Assembly (NCBI GenBank): GCA_028534125.1
Contig: CM052817.1
Location: forward strand, 68,202,001-68,266,000
From: Lama glama
Taxonomy: Eukaryota
Length of the DNA: 64,000 bases
Reading direction: 5' to 3'
Below are positions 13,678 through 25,428 of this stretch, piece by piece (the stretch's first letter is position 1; each line of letters begins with the position of its first letter). Both the position numbers and the translations under genes were made by a program. The notes under the pieces are model-generated. The model did not search any database, had not been told where the DNA came from, and saw only the letters and a list, made by a program, of their open reading frames with translations.

Positions 13678-14457
13678 GTGTTCACACAGATTTCGCCAAC
13701 AGGAAGCTGTTTCTGATCTTCTTTTGTAGTCATCTTGAATGCCAAGAAATACTTCTCACCATTGATTAGCAACAATGTGTCCTCCTAGAAATTGCCACAG
13801 CATATAAAAAGCATATTTTTCTGAATGCTAACAGCTATATATGTAAGATAAAAAATAACTGAACACATAAGACCATTATCTTAACTTTGCAGAGTTTTTG
13901 TTAACGAACTATTTTTGTTAAGATTGCACATCATCTTTCAAATTTGAGTTGATAAAGAATTATCACATTTCTTTAGCCAAGAACCTAAGAATATTTTCTA
14001 AATAAGCACTGTGAAACAAATCGGAATGAGTCCTATCAGCAAAACAATAAATTCTAATCAATAGAGCAACTTTTCATTTTAATTTAATTTTTCATTTTTT
14101 TATTTCAATTTTGTTATTTTATAGATCCACAAATGTTGTATAATTTAAGAGTACATACATAATATATGCTATTAAAAACTGCAGAGAAGACTTTTACATC
14201 CCGCAGCTGCCATGACATAGGTGAAGCAATGTGAAAACTGAATAGAAAGTTAAGTGGCACCATGTGGCTTCACTACGCTAACTGAACATCAGCTGTACTT
14301 GTGTGTTGGGACACAGAAAAGTACTGTGTTAAGACACCCAGCATAGCATTTCATCTCAGCGAGGAGTTTTTTCGTGCTGGGCGAACACAGTTTGCAATTT
14401 TTTAAAACACGAGATTCCTTTGAGTTATAAAACTAAATAATTTCATCTATATTTTAG

Positions 14458-14562
14458 GTGAAAGACAATACCTTTAATAGAGAAGAAAAGCTATTTAGAT
14501 CTTTAGAAAAGACTGTGAAGCATTGTGTGAAGAACATTTCATTCTGTCTCCAACATGTACAG
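14458..14562 (+). CDS. ARHGEF38: ARHGEF38 coding exon (BAR domain start)
   Basis: attttag|GTG acceptor, CAG|gtaggt donor; 105 nt; VKDNTFNREEKLFRSLEKTVKHCVKNISFCLQHVQ. Confidence 0.95.
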
Positions 14563-16322
14563 GTAGGTGAGACACAACTGTTTTGGATGTTTCTACAAGA
14601 AGGTCTTAAAGTCTCTGGTTATTATGAAGAACAAATGTGACTGTTCATTCATTTATATGATGACATCTATTGTATCAAATTTGGGGGGGCTGCAAACTGC
14701 TGGCGAAGGAAGCTAGTATAAAGACCTGAGTTTTGCTCTTTGTCCATCCTTCCCCCAATCCAAATTGCCATATTGTGGGACATTTGCTTGCATGATTGCC
14801 ACATGGGGTGGACCATGAGCATCTCTTAATAGAGATGAGCTCATTACTGCAAAATGGCAGACAAAGCAGAAACTCTCTTTGTTTATTTGTTTGATTATAA
14901 TGACATATCTCTTTCCAGTACCTAAAACAGTGTGTTTTTGCAAAATTTGCAAATTTAAGATTAGGACTAAAAGAAAAAAGAAAATCAAAAGAGAGTATAA
15001 AATAAAATTAGAATAGAAGTTTAAGAGTACAAAGTGCATAACATAAACGCCAAAAACCCCACAAAAACCCACGTGTGCATCTCAAATTTAGCTGTAGACC
15101 ACCCAGCAACCAACCCAAATAGGGATGTGTGATCACAGAATTCTAAGACAAACCAAGCGCTTCTGTTTATTTTACAACCAATGTTTTGCAATGCTCCCAT
15201 TACAGTTCTAGATGAAATTCGTAGATAATTTAACCTTAGGTAGGTAAGTGTACATAAAAGAAAATCAATAACAATGCAAACACATTCTGACAAAGTAATA
15301 TGAACTACAATATGCAGATGTTCCCACACACCCATGGCAGAAGACAAAAACACCCCCACAGATTACCAGTCCTCTAGGAGGTTTTCCTGCCCTCGTTGAG
15401 AATCACTGACTTAGACAAACCAACTGGAATTCAGTATAATTATATTCAGTAGAAAGACCAGTCAGGAGTTTCTTCTACTGGATCTCATGAAAGGAACATA
15501 GTATTCTGAACAACATCCTGACAGTCGTCATGACTATGAGACAGAGAAAGTTAGTAGAATTACATGGAAGTTAGTTAATAAATGATCCCTTCCCGTTTTC
15601 CAGCTTTTCTCTTGGATATCAGTTTTGAAAAAAGATGTTTGCATGCTTTGATAAAATATCACATCAATGGAGGATTAAGGTGACAGGCACAGCGATTTGG
15701 AGACAAGGTTATATGTTACATAACCAACAAGCCACGCTCTTTTCTTATCTACTAACTGCTGCAAAGCCTGATTTTATAGTCAACTTTGCTAATCTCTTCC
15801 TAAAGTGCTGCCTTCTGTGAAAGAAAAATCAAAACATAGTTACAACATCCAGAGGGCAGTGGGAACCCTGCCTTGTAGATGTTTCCTTGGGAATATCTAC
15901 AGAAAAGTCTTCTATTTCCACTAATTGATTCAACAGAAGTATGAGCATCTTCTCATAAAGAAAGCAGTAAATTCACTAAGGAAAACCGAAGACATAAATC
16001 AAAGAGGACTGATTTTTAAAATAAGGGATCTGTAAGAATTGAATGCTGAAGAATGGCCAGTGCAGGAATTTAAGGTGGACTCCACGTAATAAAAGAGAAT
16101 GTGAGACCTACGGAGCGGTAAGAAAAGTAAGGGGAAAAAAGGGGGGGAAAGTAAGGAAATAGGTTGTTACAAGTCATTTGATTGTACGAAGTATTCATGA
16201 AATTTTTTCCTTGTGTTTTTTTCTCTTTTCCCACAGTGGTCATAGAGAGTTATTTTGATGAAGTGCATGTTTGAGATACATTTAATTGTTGCCCTTTTTG
16301 TAACTTTGTTCTTGGGTTTCAG

Positions 16323-16445
16323 GATGCCATGACTTTAGCTCTGCAGAATGTAACTGAGCTGCAGAAGATTTCACACAGCAAAGATGAGGAGCAGAGGGGC
16401 GATTCAGAGGCTCCAAGTCAGGCCCCAAATCCCTCTGACAACTTT
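16323..16445 (+). CDS. ARHGEF38: ARHGEF38 coding exon (BAR domain; absent from ORF track)
   Basis: gggtttcag|GAT acceptor, TTT|gtaagt donor; 123 nt, phase 0-0; DAMTLALQNVTELQKISHSKDEEQRGDSEAPSQAPNPSDNF, resembling the recalled human DAMPLALQ...HDF segment. Confidence 0.9.
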
Positions 16446-18992
16446 GTAAGTTATTTATAGTCACAGATGAATGCAAATGAAATAGTAGGGTTAAAAGAAA
16501 AGCTGCTTTTCATTTACTTTCTTGGAGTGAAAAATAAAACATGCACTAAAGCAAATACTAATGTCGAAATGAGTAGATTTAAACAGGAGATTTTTTTATC
16601 ATTAAATATTTTGAAGTGGATTAGCGAGGCTTTTACTATAATCCAAATTTAAGAGGGCTCCAGACTGTGTTTCTAGGATAGTTAATGTCTGTGCAGCTTT
16701 TAAAATCAATATTTAGTTTAAGTCTGCATATGGTATATAGGGGATTTATTAAGTTAGAAAGCTGTGATTTTCTTAAAGGAGTCTGTGGAAATGCCCAGAG
16801 TTTTTACAGGAGGAGCAAAGATAGTCTCTGAGGATGTGAATTTTATTAACACACTGTACACTGGAAGGGAAAGCCTTCCTATTGAGAAAGGGCTTTTATT
16901 TAAGGGTCATATATTATATGTATCTTCTGTTCTGTGGTTAAATATTTGTTTTCTAAGAGTTCCATGAAATACACAGAATCATAAAACATAGATTGGGGAT
17001 CATAAAAATATACTTGAGCCAAGAAAGTATTTGGGTGGTAAACTAGTCAGTAATACTAAGTACAATTTAGTATCTTGTATTCCATAGGTGTTAGTATTTC
17101 ATAGTAGTATTTCACATATTATATAGAAGATAATAGACTCCTTCATCATCTTGAAGGTCCCCTGAAGTGGCATTTTTGTACTGGTACCAGTAATGTCCCC
17201 TATCTCATATTTCTGAATCCTGGGAACTGATACAGCCCCCACTCCAGTAGAAAATGACCCAGCAGCATCTTGCTTTCACGGCACTGGAGAATGGAAAGTC
17301 ATGATTACATACAAACTAACATGATAGATTAGATGGTGGGAAGTGGGGTGTGGAAAAAGAGAGAGAGGAGAGTTTTTATGATGTGTGCTAAATGGGAAAA
17401 GTGTGGCTAGTTCTTTACACACTTTCTGGGCATAATTTCAGAGAACATATTTTAGAAAAGTCCTTAAGGGTGTGCTCTCTGGCTTAATTCTGACATAACC
17501 AAGCTGGTAAATATTTATTGAACACCATGTAAGAGCATGGTATATAGCTTCTCCATCATCAAGCGTGTTCCAGAACTGGAAGGAATGAAGAGAGAAGGTA
17601 TCCTTCCCTACCTTGTATAAAATCACAAGATAATAAATTAGGCTAAGTTAAAATAATCATCAGAAATCTCAATATAAAAGTATCTTTTAATAGATAAGTT
17701 ATATTGAATTCTTTTTAAAAATCAAATATTAAGAACTCAAAATCTATCTAAAGGCAGAACAATTGTTTTTATTTTTCCACGAGAGAGAACTATTTACACA
17801 TTTTGTATAGCACAAAATATTAGAATAAATTCTGATTCTTGTTTGTTCCAACCATAATTCCCATGTACGAGTGAATTGGTTTGTGTCTATGGGTCAGAGG
17901 ACATATATACTGTAATATTGTAATTAGATTATCTGTAGAATTCAGTCATGTCACAGACACAGTAATTTATCCCAGAACAGTAAACAGATTCTTTGCTTCA
18001 TCGAAGGACTCATTAAAGAGTCTACAGGTCTATATTGATTATTTTATAAGCTAGACATCAGATTTAATCTGTGTTGGCTATTGCTGAAGCCAGTAAGAGA
18101 TTAGTTTCCCTCCTCTTCTAGATTTCCCATGAGTTCAGTTACCGGAGGTCATTTAAGTTAATTAATACAAGCTGCTGCTCAGATGCTGATTCTGTAGGAA
18201 CTCTCCCAGAGTATAAAAGAGAAACCTGCTTCCAAATTTCCGTAGCATAATCATGAAACCCAAGCATATGCGATAAAGGGTAAAGTTGGATAGTCAGCAA
18301 ACACAGGCTACTTGTGCTCTTTGGAATACAGGGGAGGAGGAAAGAGAAATAGAAGAAATTAAATCCAGGGTACTCACATGCTGGTATGGAGCTGGGCGTT
18401 AATATGATGTTCATTTTCAATGAGTCAGACCTAAAAATACAACAATTTAGGACACAAAATCGGCATCAGCTCAATCCTTCAAGGTACTTAAAGAGGAAGC
18501 AGTAACTCTCTGGTCATTTCTATACCAGGAACAAAATACCTATAATACGGGGGTACTTCTGTATAGGGAGTACAATTCCACTACCCAAATTAGCCACCAG
18601 GGTAACCAGAGGATTGGGGCAGATGTGGGAGGAATAGGATATGGTCTCTCCTAAGACCAACTATCTTCCCTTTATTGCTAGCAAAGGAAGGGAAAGATAC
18701 GTGAATAATTTGTGCAGTCTTGGAAGTCAGAGATGGAGACTGCCCCCACCACATGTGCTGGAGTAGCTTCCCCATCTCTGGGATTAAGAAGAAGGGGAAG
18801 GGGAAAGTGGTGAGGGAATGGCCCCAGTGACAAAACCAATGGCTGTAGAGAGAAGGGTGGGTGGAGCGTATTTTAGGTGTGCAGTTTCAACTTCTGTGTT
18901 CTTCCTATTCACTCTTCAGGGTCAACATTAGAGTCTAGAGTTGCTGTTTTAAGTCCTTGAACAGGTTTAGCTGAACAAAAAGATGATCCCTT

Positions 18993-19110
18993 GGAGAGGG
19001 AAATAGCTCAGTGTTAGAGCACATGCTTTGTATGCATGAGGTCCTGGGTTCAATCTCCAGTACTTCCATTAAATAAATAAAATAAAACAAATAATTGTTT
19101 TTAAACTCTA
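18993..19110 (+). mobile_element. tRNA-Ala-derived SINE (Vic-1-like)
   Basis: ggagagggaaATAGCTCAGTGTTAGAGC...GGGTTCAATCTCCAGTAC with A and B boxes, A-rich tail, degenerate TSD aaaaagatgatccc / aaaaaataatccc. Confidence 0.82.
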
Positions 19111-19266
19111 AAAAAATAATCCCATGCTCCTCTTATAACTTGACTAGATGCTTTCCTGTCTTCCTCTGTGCTCCTGCAGGGAGGGAGTCAGCCTCTCGAT
19201 AACAGCTCTGGACGTGGTATTAGGCATTCCTCTTTCCGTGATGGGATTGTTTTTCTCCTTTGGCAG

Positions 19267-19578
19267 GCAGCTCACTTACAGAAGCTTGTCCTGATGCCCC
19301 TGTCAGCCCTGCTGTCCCTGTTTCCAGGGCCTCAGAAGCTAATCCAGAAACGCTATGACAAATTACTGGACTACAACAGCTACCTGCAGCGGGTGGCAGG
19401 AGATGAGTCAGACTTGGCCAAAAGGGAATATGAAGCCCTCAATGCCCAGCTGGTGGAAGAGCTCCAGGTGTTCAACCGGGCCGCGCTGAAGATTCTGTGG
19501 AACTGCCTGTGCAGTTTCATCACCCTCCTCAGGGACCTGATGCTTGTGGCGCAGCAGGTTTACTGCACGGTGGTGCAG
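19267..19578 (+). CDS. ARHGEF38: ARHGEF38 coding exon (BAR domain core)
   Basis: ttctcctttggcag|GCA acceptor, CAG|gtaagt donor; 312 nt; AAHLQKLVLMPLSALLSLFPGPQKLIQKRYDKLLDY...EYEALNAQLVEEL...VVQ, a Tuba/DNMBP-type BAR motif. Confidence 0.95.
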
Positions 19579-19671
19579 GTAAGTGCAGCGCCAGCACCTG
19601 GCTACCTTGGCCTTCAGGATCTGTTAGAAACCACACCATGCAAAACAGCCTGCACACAGCGTGCCTGAGCA

Positions 19672-19673
<2 letters not shown>

Positions 19674-19721
<48 letters not shown>

Positions 19722-19723
19722 TG
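19674..19723. repeat. (GT)n microsatellite, about 20 uninterrupted units
   Basis: Directly visible. Confidence 0.95.
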
Positions 19724-20105
19724 TGGTTCTTATTTTAACTGAAGCCACATAGTGCATTGGTCCTTATACTGCTTTTCCACAGGAACTAGAAGAAAGTATC
19801 CTAGTGCCAGTTTGCTATGACTTACACACTTGTAGGCCTTTTTGGAAATTCTTTTTCAAACATCAAAAATCTTTCAGCTTTGCCCCACTCATTGGTGGAA
19901 CCAATGTAGCTGCATCTACCTGATACTATGTTGAAGCTTATCAATTTATATTTTGTATTCTCTTCCCATTCAACAGTTTTTGAATTAACCATGACTAAGA
20001 TGTCCACCAAAAAATAAGGCCATCTCAGTATAATAACAGAAGTAGAATATCCAACAAACCAGTCTTTGTTTTGCTTTTGTTTTCTGGTAAGGAAGAGAAG
20101 CCTGA

Positions 20106-20135
20106 TGTGTGTGTGTGTGTAAGTAAAAAAAAAAA

Positions 20136-20180
<45 letters not shown>

Positions 20181-20202
20181 CACATATATGTATATATATA
20201 TA
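20106..20202. repeat. Compound (TG)n-(A)n-(TA)n-(CA)n-(TA)n microsatellite
   Basis: Directly visible. Confidence 0.95.
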
Positions 20203-20777
20203 ATTTAGCTTTCCATTAGGATATGATTTTATAATTATTTTCTGAAGAGGAAGAAAGATAGTTACAACCGAATAATCAACTTTAAAAAATACAGCTTGGT
20301 TTCTTGGCCCTTCATTTCAAGTGTATTAGTGTATGTTATCGTCCAGCTGGCTAGATATTTAATGGGCAACATTTGGAGGAAAATTAATTGTCCCTACTTT
20401 GTCATTGTACATTTAATTAACTTTTAACTTATCCTTTGAATTAAATTAAGTTGAATAAACAGGTGCTACATTTACTTGGTTCAAAAGGCAAAACTACATA
20501 CAAATGCATAAGCAGTCTCATACCTTCTGTCTCCAAACCATCTCCTGCTCCCACCCTCATTGATATTAGTTTATTTTTATTTTTAGGGTTTCTTTGTGCC
20601 ATTAAAAGTAAGTGAAATGTACATTTTATTTCTTACACAAAACTAGTACACTATAGCACCATTCTGCAACTTGCTTTTTTAACATCCATGTCAGTAAACA
20701 GAGCGCGTCCTCATTTCTTTTACAGCTTTATACTAGTTTACTGCATCCTTGTACAACAGTCTATAACCAGCCCACTA

Positions 20778-22560
20778 TTTTTTTTTGTGTAACAACTTGA
20801 TTGAGATATAATTCACATACCATATACTTTGCCCATTTAAAATATACAATTGGATGGTTTTTGTATGTTCACGAAAGTTGTGCAACCATCATCACAACCA
20901 ATATTAGAACATTGTCAACACCCCCAAAAGAAACTCTATTCCATTAGCAGTGACTCCACATTTTCCCCTAACCACCCCAGCCCCAGGAATCACCAATCTA
21001 GTTCTGTCTCTGCAGATATTCCTATTCTGGACATTTGGTATAAATCGAATTATACAATATGTGGTTCTTTGTGACTGGTTTCTTTCTTAGCATAATGTTT
21101 TCAAGTTCCACCCATGTAGTGTGTTTCAGTACTCAATTCTTTTTATTGCCAAATAATATTCCATTGTATAGATATGACACACTTTATTTATCCATTCGTC
21201 AGTTGATGGACATTTCAGTTATTTGCACTTTTTGGTAATTATGACTAATGCTGCTATGAACATTCACGTTACTAGTGGATTTATGTTTTCATTTCTGTTG
21301 GGTAGATACCTAGGAGTGGAACTGCTGGATCACATGCTAACTCTGTTTAACCTTTTGAAGACCTGCCAGTCTGTTTTCCAAAATGGCTGCACTATTCTAC
21401 ATTCTCAACAGTAATGATTGAGGGTTCTGATTTCCTTACGTCTGTCTTTTTTTATGGCCATCCTAGTGGGTATGAAGTGATATCTCATTGTGGTTTGATT
21501 TGCATTTCTCTGACTAATCCCCTATTTTTAAAACTTTTAAAATAGAAGTCTAACTCAAGAGATTATATACAGTAAAATGTATCAGTCTGAAGTGTGTATC
21601 TTAGTGAATATTTGCATGTATACACATCGGAGTAACCCACCACCCAGATCTAGATATAAGCCTCTCATGATTACCCCCAGGTTATAGTCCCCTAAAGGGA
21701 ACCACTCTTCTGACTTACGTTACCATGGACGGTTTTGCCTGGTTTGTTTTTCATATAAGTGGAATCATACAATATGCATTCTTTTGTGTATTAACCTGTC
21801 CCTATTGATGGATATTTGGGCTATTTCCAATCTTCTTCTATTACAATAATGCCAGAGTCATTTTAGATGTGGGCAGATGTATACTTAAAAGAGATTTCTC
21901 CAAGTGGGATCTCTAGGCCAAAGGGTAAATACGTATGTAATTTTGTTTATAATGCCTGACTTTCTCCTTTAGGGTTGTACTGTTTTAGATTCCCACTTCC
22001 AGCGTGAGAGTTTTGGCTTCCCTAGAGTTTTGCTAATCCAGGTTCAAGTGTAATTTTAATTCGTATCTCTTTAATTATTAGTTAGGTTGAGAATCTTCCT
22101 GTGTTTGACAGCTATTTCTGTTTCTCTTCCTGTGAACCAGCTGTTCATGTCTTTTGCCCCTTCTTCTAGTTAGTGGCTTTTTTTCCCGTTTCTAGAAGCA
22201 ACACTTATACTAAGCAGGCGAGCTTTTTGTCTGAACTGTAAATTGAGAATATTCTTCCCAGTTTACTACTTGTCTTTGGAATTTGTAGTGTGTGTGTGTT
22301 TGTCATGCAGAAGTTCATTTTTTTTAAATATAGTCAAATTTATTGATCTCTCATTTTATGATTTCTAGATTTTAAGTCGTATTTAGAAAGGACTTCCATA
22401 CTTTGAGGCTCCTAATGAATTCACCTGTGTTTCCTTTAGTAGATTTGTTGTTTCATATTTTTTATTTAAACCTTTGATCCATGTAGATTTTATCCTGGTT
22501 CATCATGTGAAATATGGATGCAACTTTATCTTTTTCCAGTTGGCTATCAGTTGCCCCAGC
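20778..22560 (-). mobile_element. Cluster of old L1M (MB/MC/ME-like) fragments
   Basis: ttgagatataattcacataccata, agttgatggacattt, ggtagatacctaggagtggaactgctgg, ctcattgtggtttgatttgcatttc are classic antisense L1 3' motifs. Confidence 0.8.
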
Positions 22561-22964
22561 ACTTTACTAAGAAGTTACTTGTTCTTAATATTTTCTCAAT
22601 GAAACTCACTTAATTCAGTTTCTTTGGATAATTTCATTCTGATGTCAAGAGAGAGAGACTTTGTATATCATATATGGTCATGGTCCTCTTGGCTGGTCAG
22701 AATCTCCAGAGATGTCCCTTCAAGTTTTCTGCCTGGAGGACCTAGTTGGCAAGGTCTCTGGGTCCAGTCTATATTCACACACTTAATTACCTCTTTCTAA
22801 CAGGGGTCCCCCACCATGATTTGTGCTTAGTGTCCCCAGTCTAGAGACTGTTTTACCATTCACAGAGAAGAAAACTTAATCTTCTGCTAAGGTAGGGAAA
22901 AAGCAATTGCCAAGATTCACTGAAATAGAAAAAAGAATCTGGGGATCCAACTGCTTCAAAACAG

Positions 22965-23501
22965 TTCTGGTTATCTATATCTGCATAACAAATTACACCA
23001 ACCCTGGTGATATGAAGCAACTAGTAGTTACTTGTTACCATTGTCTCTCATAGTTCTGGGGTTCACTGGGATCAGGTAATCACTATCAGTGTCTCAGTCA
23101 GATATCAGTTGGGGCTGAAATGGAGCCACAGAGATTCTCTCACGCCACTGTCTAAGGTTGGTGGTGGGACAATGACAGAAGACTCAAACAGCTGGGACTG
23201 CACCAGCTCTGACCTTTCAACATGGTCTTTTAATAAAGTGGCCACAGGGCAGCTGGACTTCTTCCATAGTGACTGAAGTCCAGAGTGAGTGTCCCAAGAG
23301 ATACCAGCAGAAACCGCAGGTTTTTAATTTTTTTAGCTTAATCTTGAAAGTCAGACAACGTCACTTGTTACTCTATTTCAACATTCTATTCATTGAGGCA
23401 ACCATAAAATCCCACCCAATTTTGAAGGAAGGGGACATTAGATTCCACCTCTTGATGGGAAGCATATCAAAGAATTTGCTGATTTGTTTTAAAACTGCCA
23501 C
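22965..23501. mobile_element. MaLR LTR (MLT1-like)
   Basis: gttatctatatctgcataacaaattacacc...ctctcatagttctgggg...gattccacctcttgatggga...ttttaaaactgccaca. Confidence 0.7.
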
Positions 23502-23879
23502 AGGATCTTAACTAATGTTTCTTGTTTTAGCCTTTTTCCCTTCCTACTATCCTATCCCACCACATTGGAGGTGCCTGCCTACTGCCATTAATTACAGAGC
23601 CTTTCTTCCAAAAATTTTATTGCTATTGTAATTTTTTATCTCTTCTGTTTCCTTCTATTTAGGCTTGAAACTTAAAAAAGAAATTATTCTTGTCATTTTA
23701 GTGGGGTTTCTGGAGACAGCAAACTGGATTGTTTTTATCTAGAAGTTTTAACATTGCCCTAATTTTTCGCTGTGGAATATAGTATAATTTCTCACTGTTC
23801 ATCACAAATCTATTAAATTCAATACCTAATATGGTTAAGTAGTTGTCTGGGAACAATGTCATATCATTTCTACCTACAG

Positions 23880-24023
23880 GTACCTTTGTTAGCCTCAAGT
23901 ATCTCTGAAATTCAGAATCGAGTACTAGAAGAGATTCAAAATCTGAATTTTATGAAGGATAACAGTGCTACTTTTATTGAGAGGAAACTTAGTTTTGAAA
24001 AGAAGAAGCCTGTGCAAACTCTG
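23880..24023 (+). CDS. ARHGEF38: ARHGEF38 coding exon
   Basis: tacctacag|GTA acceptor, CTG|gtgagt donor; 144 nt; VPLLASSISEIQNRVLEEIQNLNF...EKKKPVQTL. Confidence 0.93.
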
Positions 24024-24834
24024 GTGAGTCTGATAGCATTCATGAGAATGAAAACTGTCACTTCTTTGTCTTGTTTAAATCATAGTGTCTTATTTTTCAT
24101 ATCACTTATTCTAATATCCTGTAATTTCCCTACTTACTATATGTAGACTTTCTTGTCTTTCTCCCCTCTGTGCTATGAACTCTGTAAGGTCATAGACTTT
24201 AATGTGTTTTGTACATGATGTATTCCAAGTGCCTAAAATGGTGCCTGATACAAGGTAGGTTCTCTACAAATATCTGCTGGATGAATGAACAGAGTTTTAT
24301 AGAGCAAAATCATAGTTCAAACTGTTCTTTTTTCTAGATAAGGAATCCCAGTCTTCAGAGATAAAGTGGCTTTCTCAAAGTTACTTAATGGCAGAGCTGG
24401 GCCAGGGGCCAGGCCTCTTAACTCCTGCCTGATTTACTGATATTACTTCCCAGAAAAATTCATCCACATGTACAATTTACTTAATTAAATATTATTTATC
24501 AAGTGCTTAATACACAAGTGATTGCCTACAGCTTGGCAAAGAATTAAAAAATTGTTCAACATCCAAGAGGGATTAGAACCTCTGCCTTCTTATTCGCAGT
24601 TGAATTTTCTTCTCTACAACACTGCCCTCGTGTGCTAACAGGAGAATTTTTCACTGCATAACTCAGCTGTATACTTCACAATAATAACCTGATCTATGCC
24701 TCAACATTGAAATAATCCCAGATCAATGTATGGCGTCAATATTTTAAAAGTCTCCAGCGAAGAAATATTTACCAACTCAGTGAGGATTTTATCATACATC
24801 TACCTAAACCAAAATCTCTCCTTACTTCTTTCAG

Positions 24835-25033
24835 CCAGAAGTGCCTCGTCAAACTGACACTCACCGCTCCAAACTTCTGTCCACATACAGTACAGAGGAA
24901 ATCTACCAAGCCAAGCGCAAGTGCAATGCTACACAAGAATATGACATCGATCTTCTGGAAGGGGAGTTGGTGGCTGTGATGGAACAGAAAGACCCACTGG
25001 GCAGTACGAGCAGGTGGCTTGTTGACACAGGAA
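24835..25033 (+). CDS. ARHGEF38: ARHGEF38 coding exon (SH3 domain 1, N-terminal part)
   Basis: cttctttcag|CCA acceptor, GGAA|gtaagt donor; 199 nt; PEVPRQTD...YQAKRKCNATQEYDIDLLEGELVAVMEQKDPLGSTSRWLVDTG. Confidence 0.95.
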
Positions 25034-25171
25034 GTAAGTTTTTGCACAGAACTTCCACCTCTCTTCTAGTTGAGATTTTCCCAGGGGTCTCTGCATGCTT
25101 CTTTCAACACAACTGTTTGGAAAGAGTATACAACTAACCTTGTTTTTTCTTTCTTTTTATTTCCTATCCAG

Positions 25172-25428
25172 TTATAAAAGGATACGTGTATTCCTCCTTC
25201 CTAAAACCCTACAATCCAGCAAAAGTGCAGAAGGTGGACGCTGAGAACAGGTTCTGTGATGATGATTTTGATAACATCAGCCTCTTCGTTTCTTCACGAC
25301 CAGCCAGTGACAGTGTCACAGGCACCCCAGAAGGTAGCATAAGTGATAGCAGCTCATCTCTTAGTGGAACATGTGGAAAGTTTGAAACCAACGGTACTGA
25401 TGTTAACAGTTTTCAAGTAGATGAGCAG
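25172..25428 (+). CDS. ARHGEF38: ARHGEF38 coding exon (end of SH3-1 and Ser-rich linker)
   Basis: long polypyrimidine tract then atccag|TT acceptor, CAG|gtaaga donor; 257 nt; IIKGYVYSSFLKPYNP...SFQVDEQ. Confidence 0.95.

Noticed and set aside
14670..15415. Possible hAT/Charlie-type element
   Set aside because: Only end-like motifs (gttgagaatcactg) were recognised; too little to assign family or boundaries.
19822..20185. ORFs beginning MCVYIYIY
   Set aside because: Artefacts of translating the dinucleotide microsatellite.
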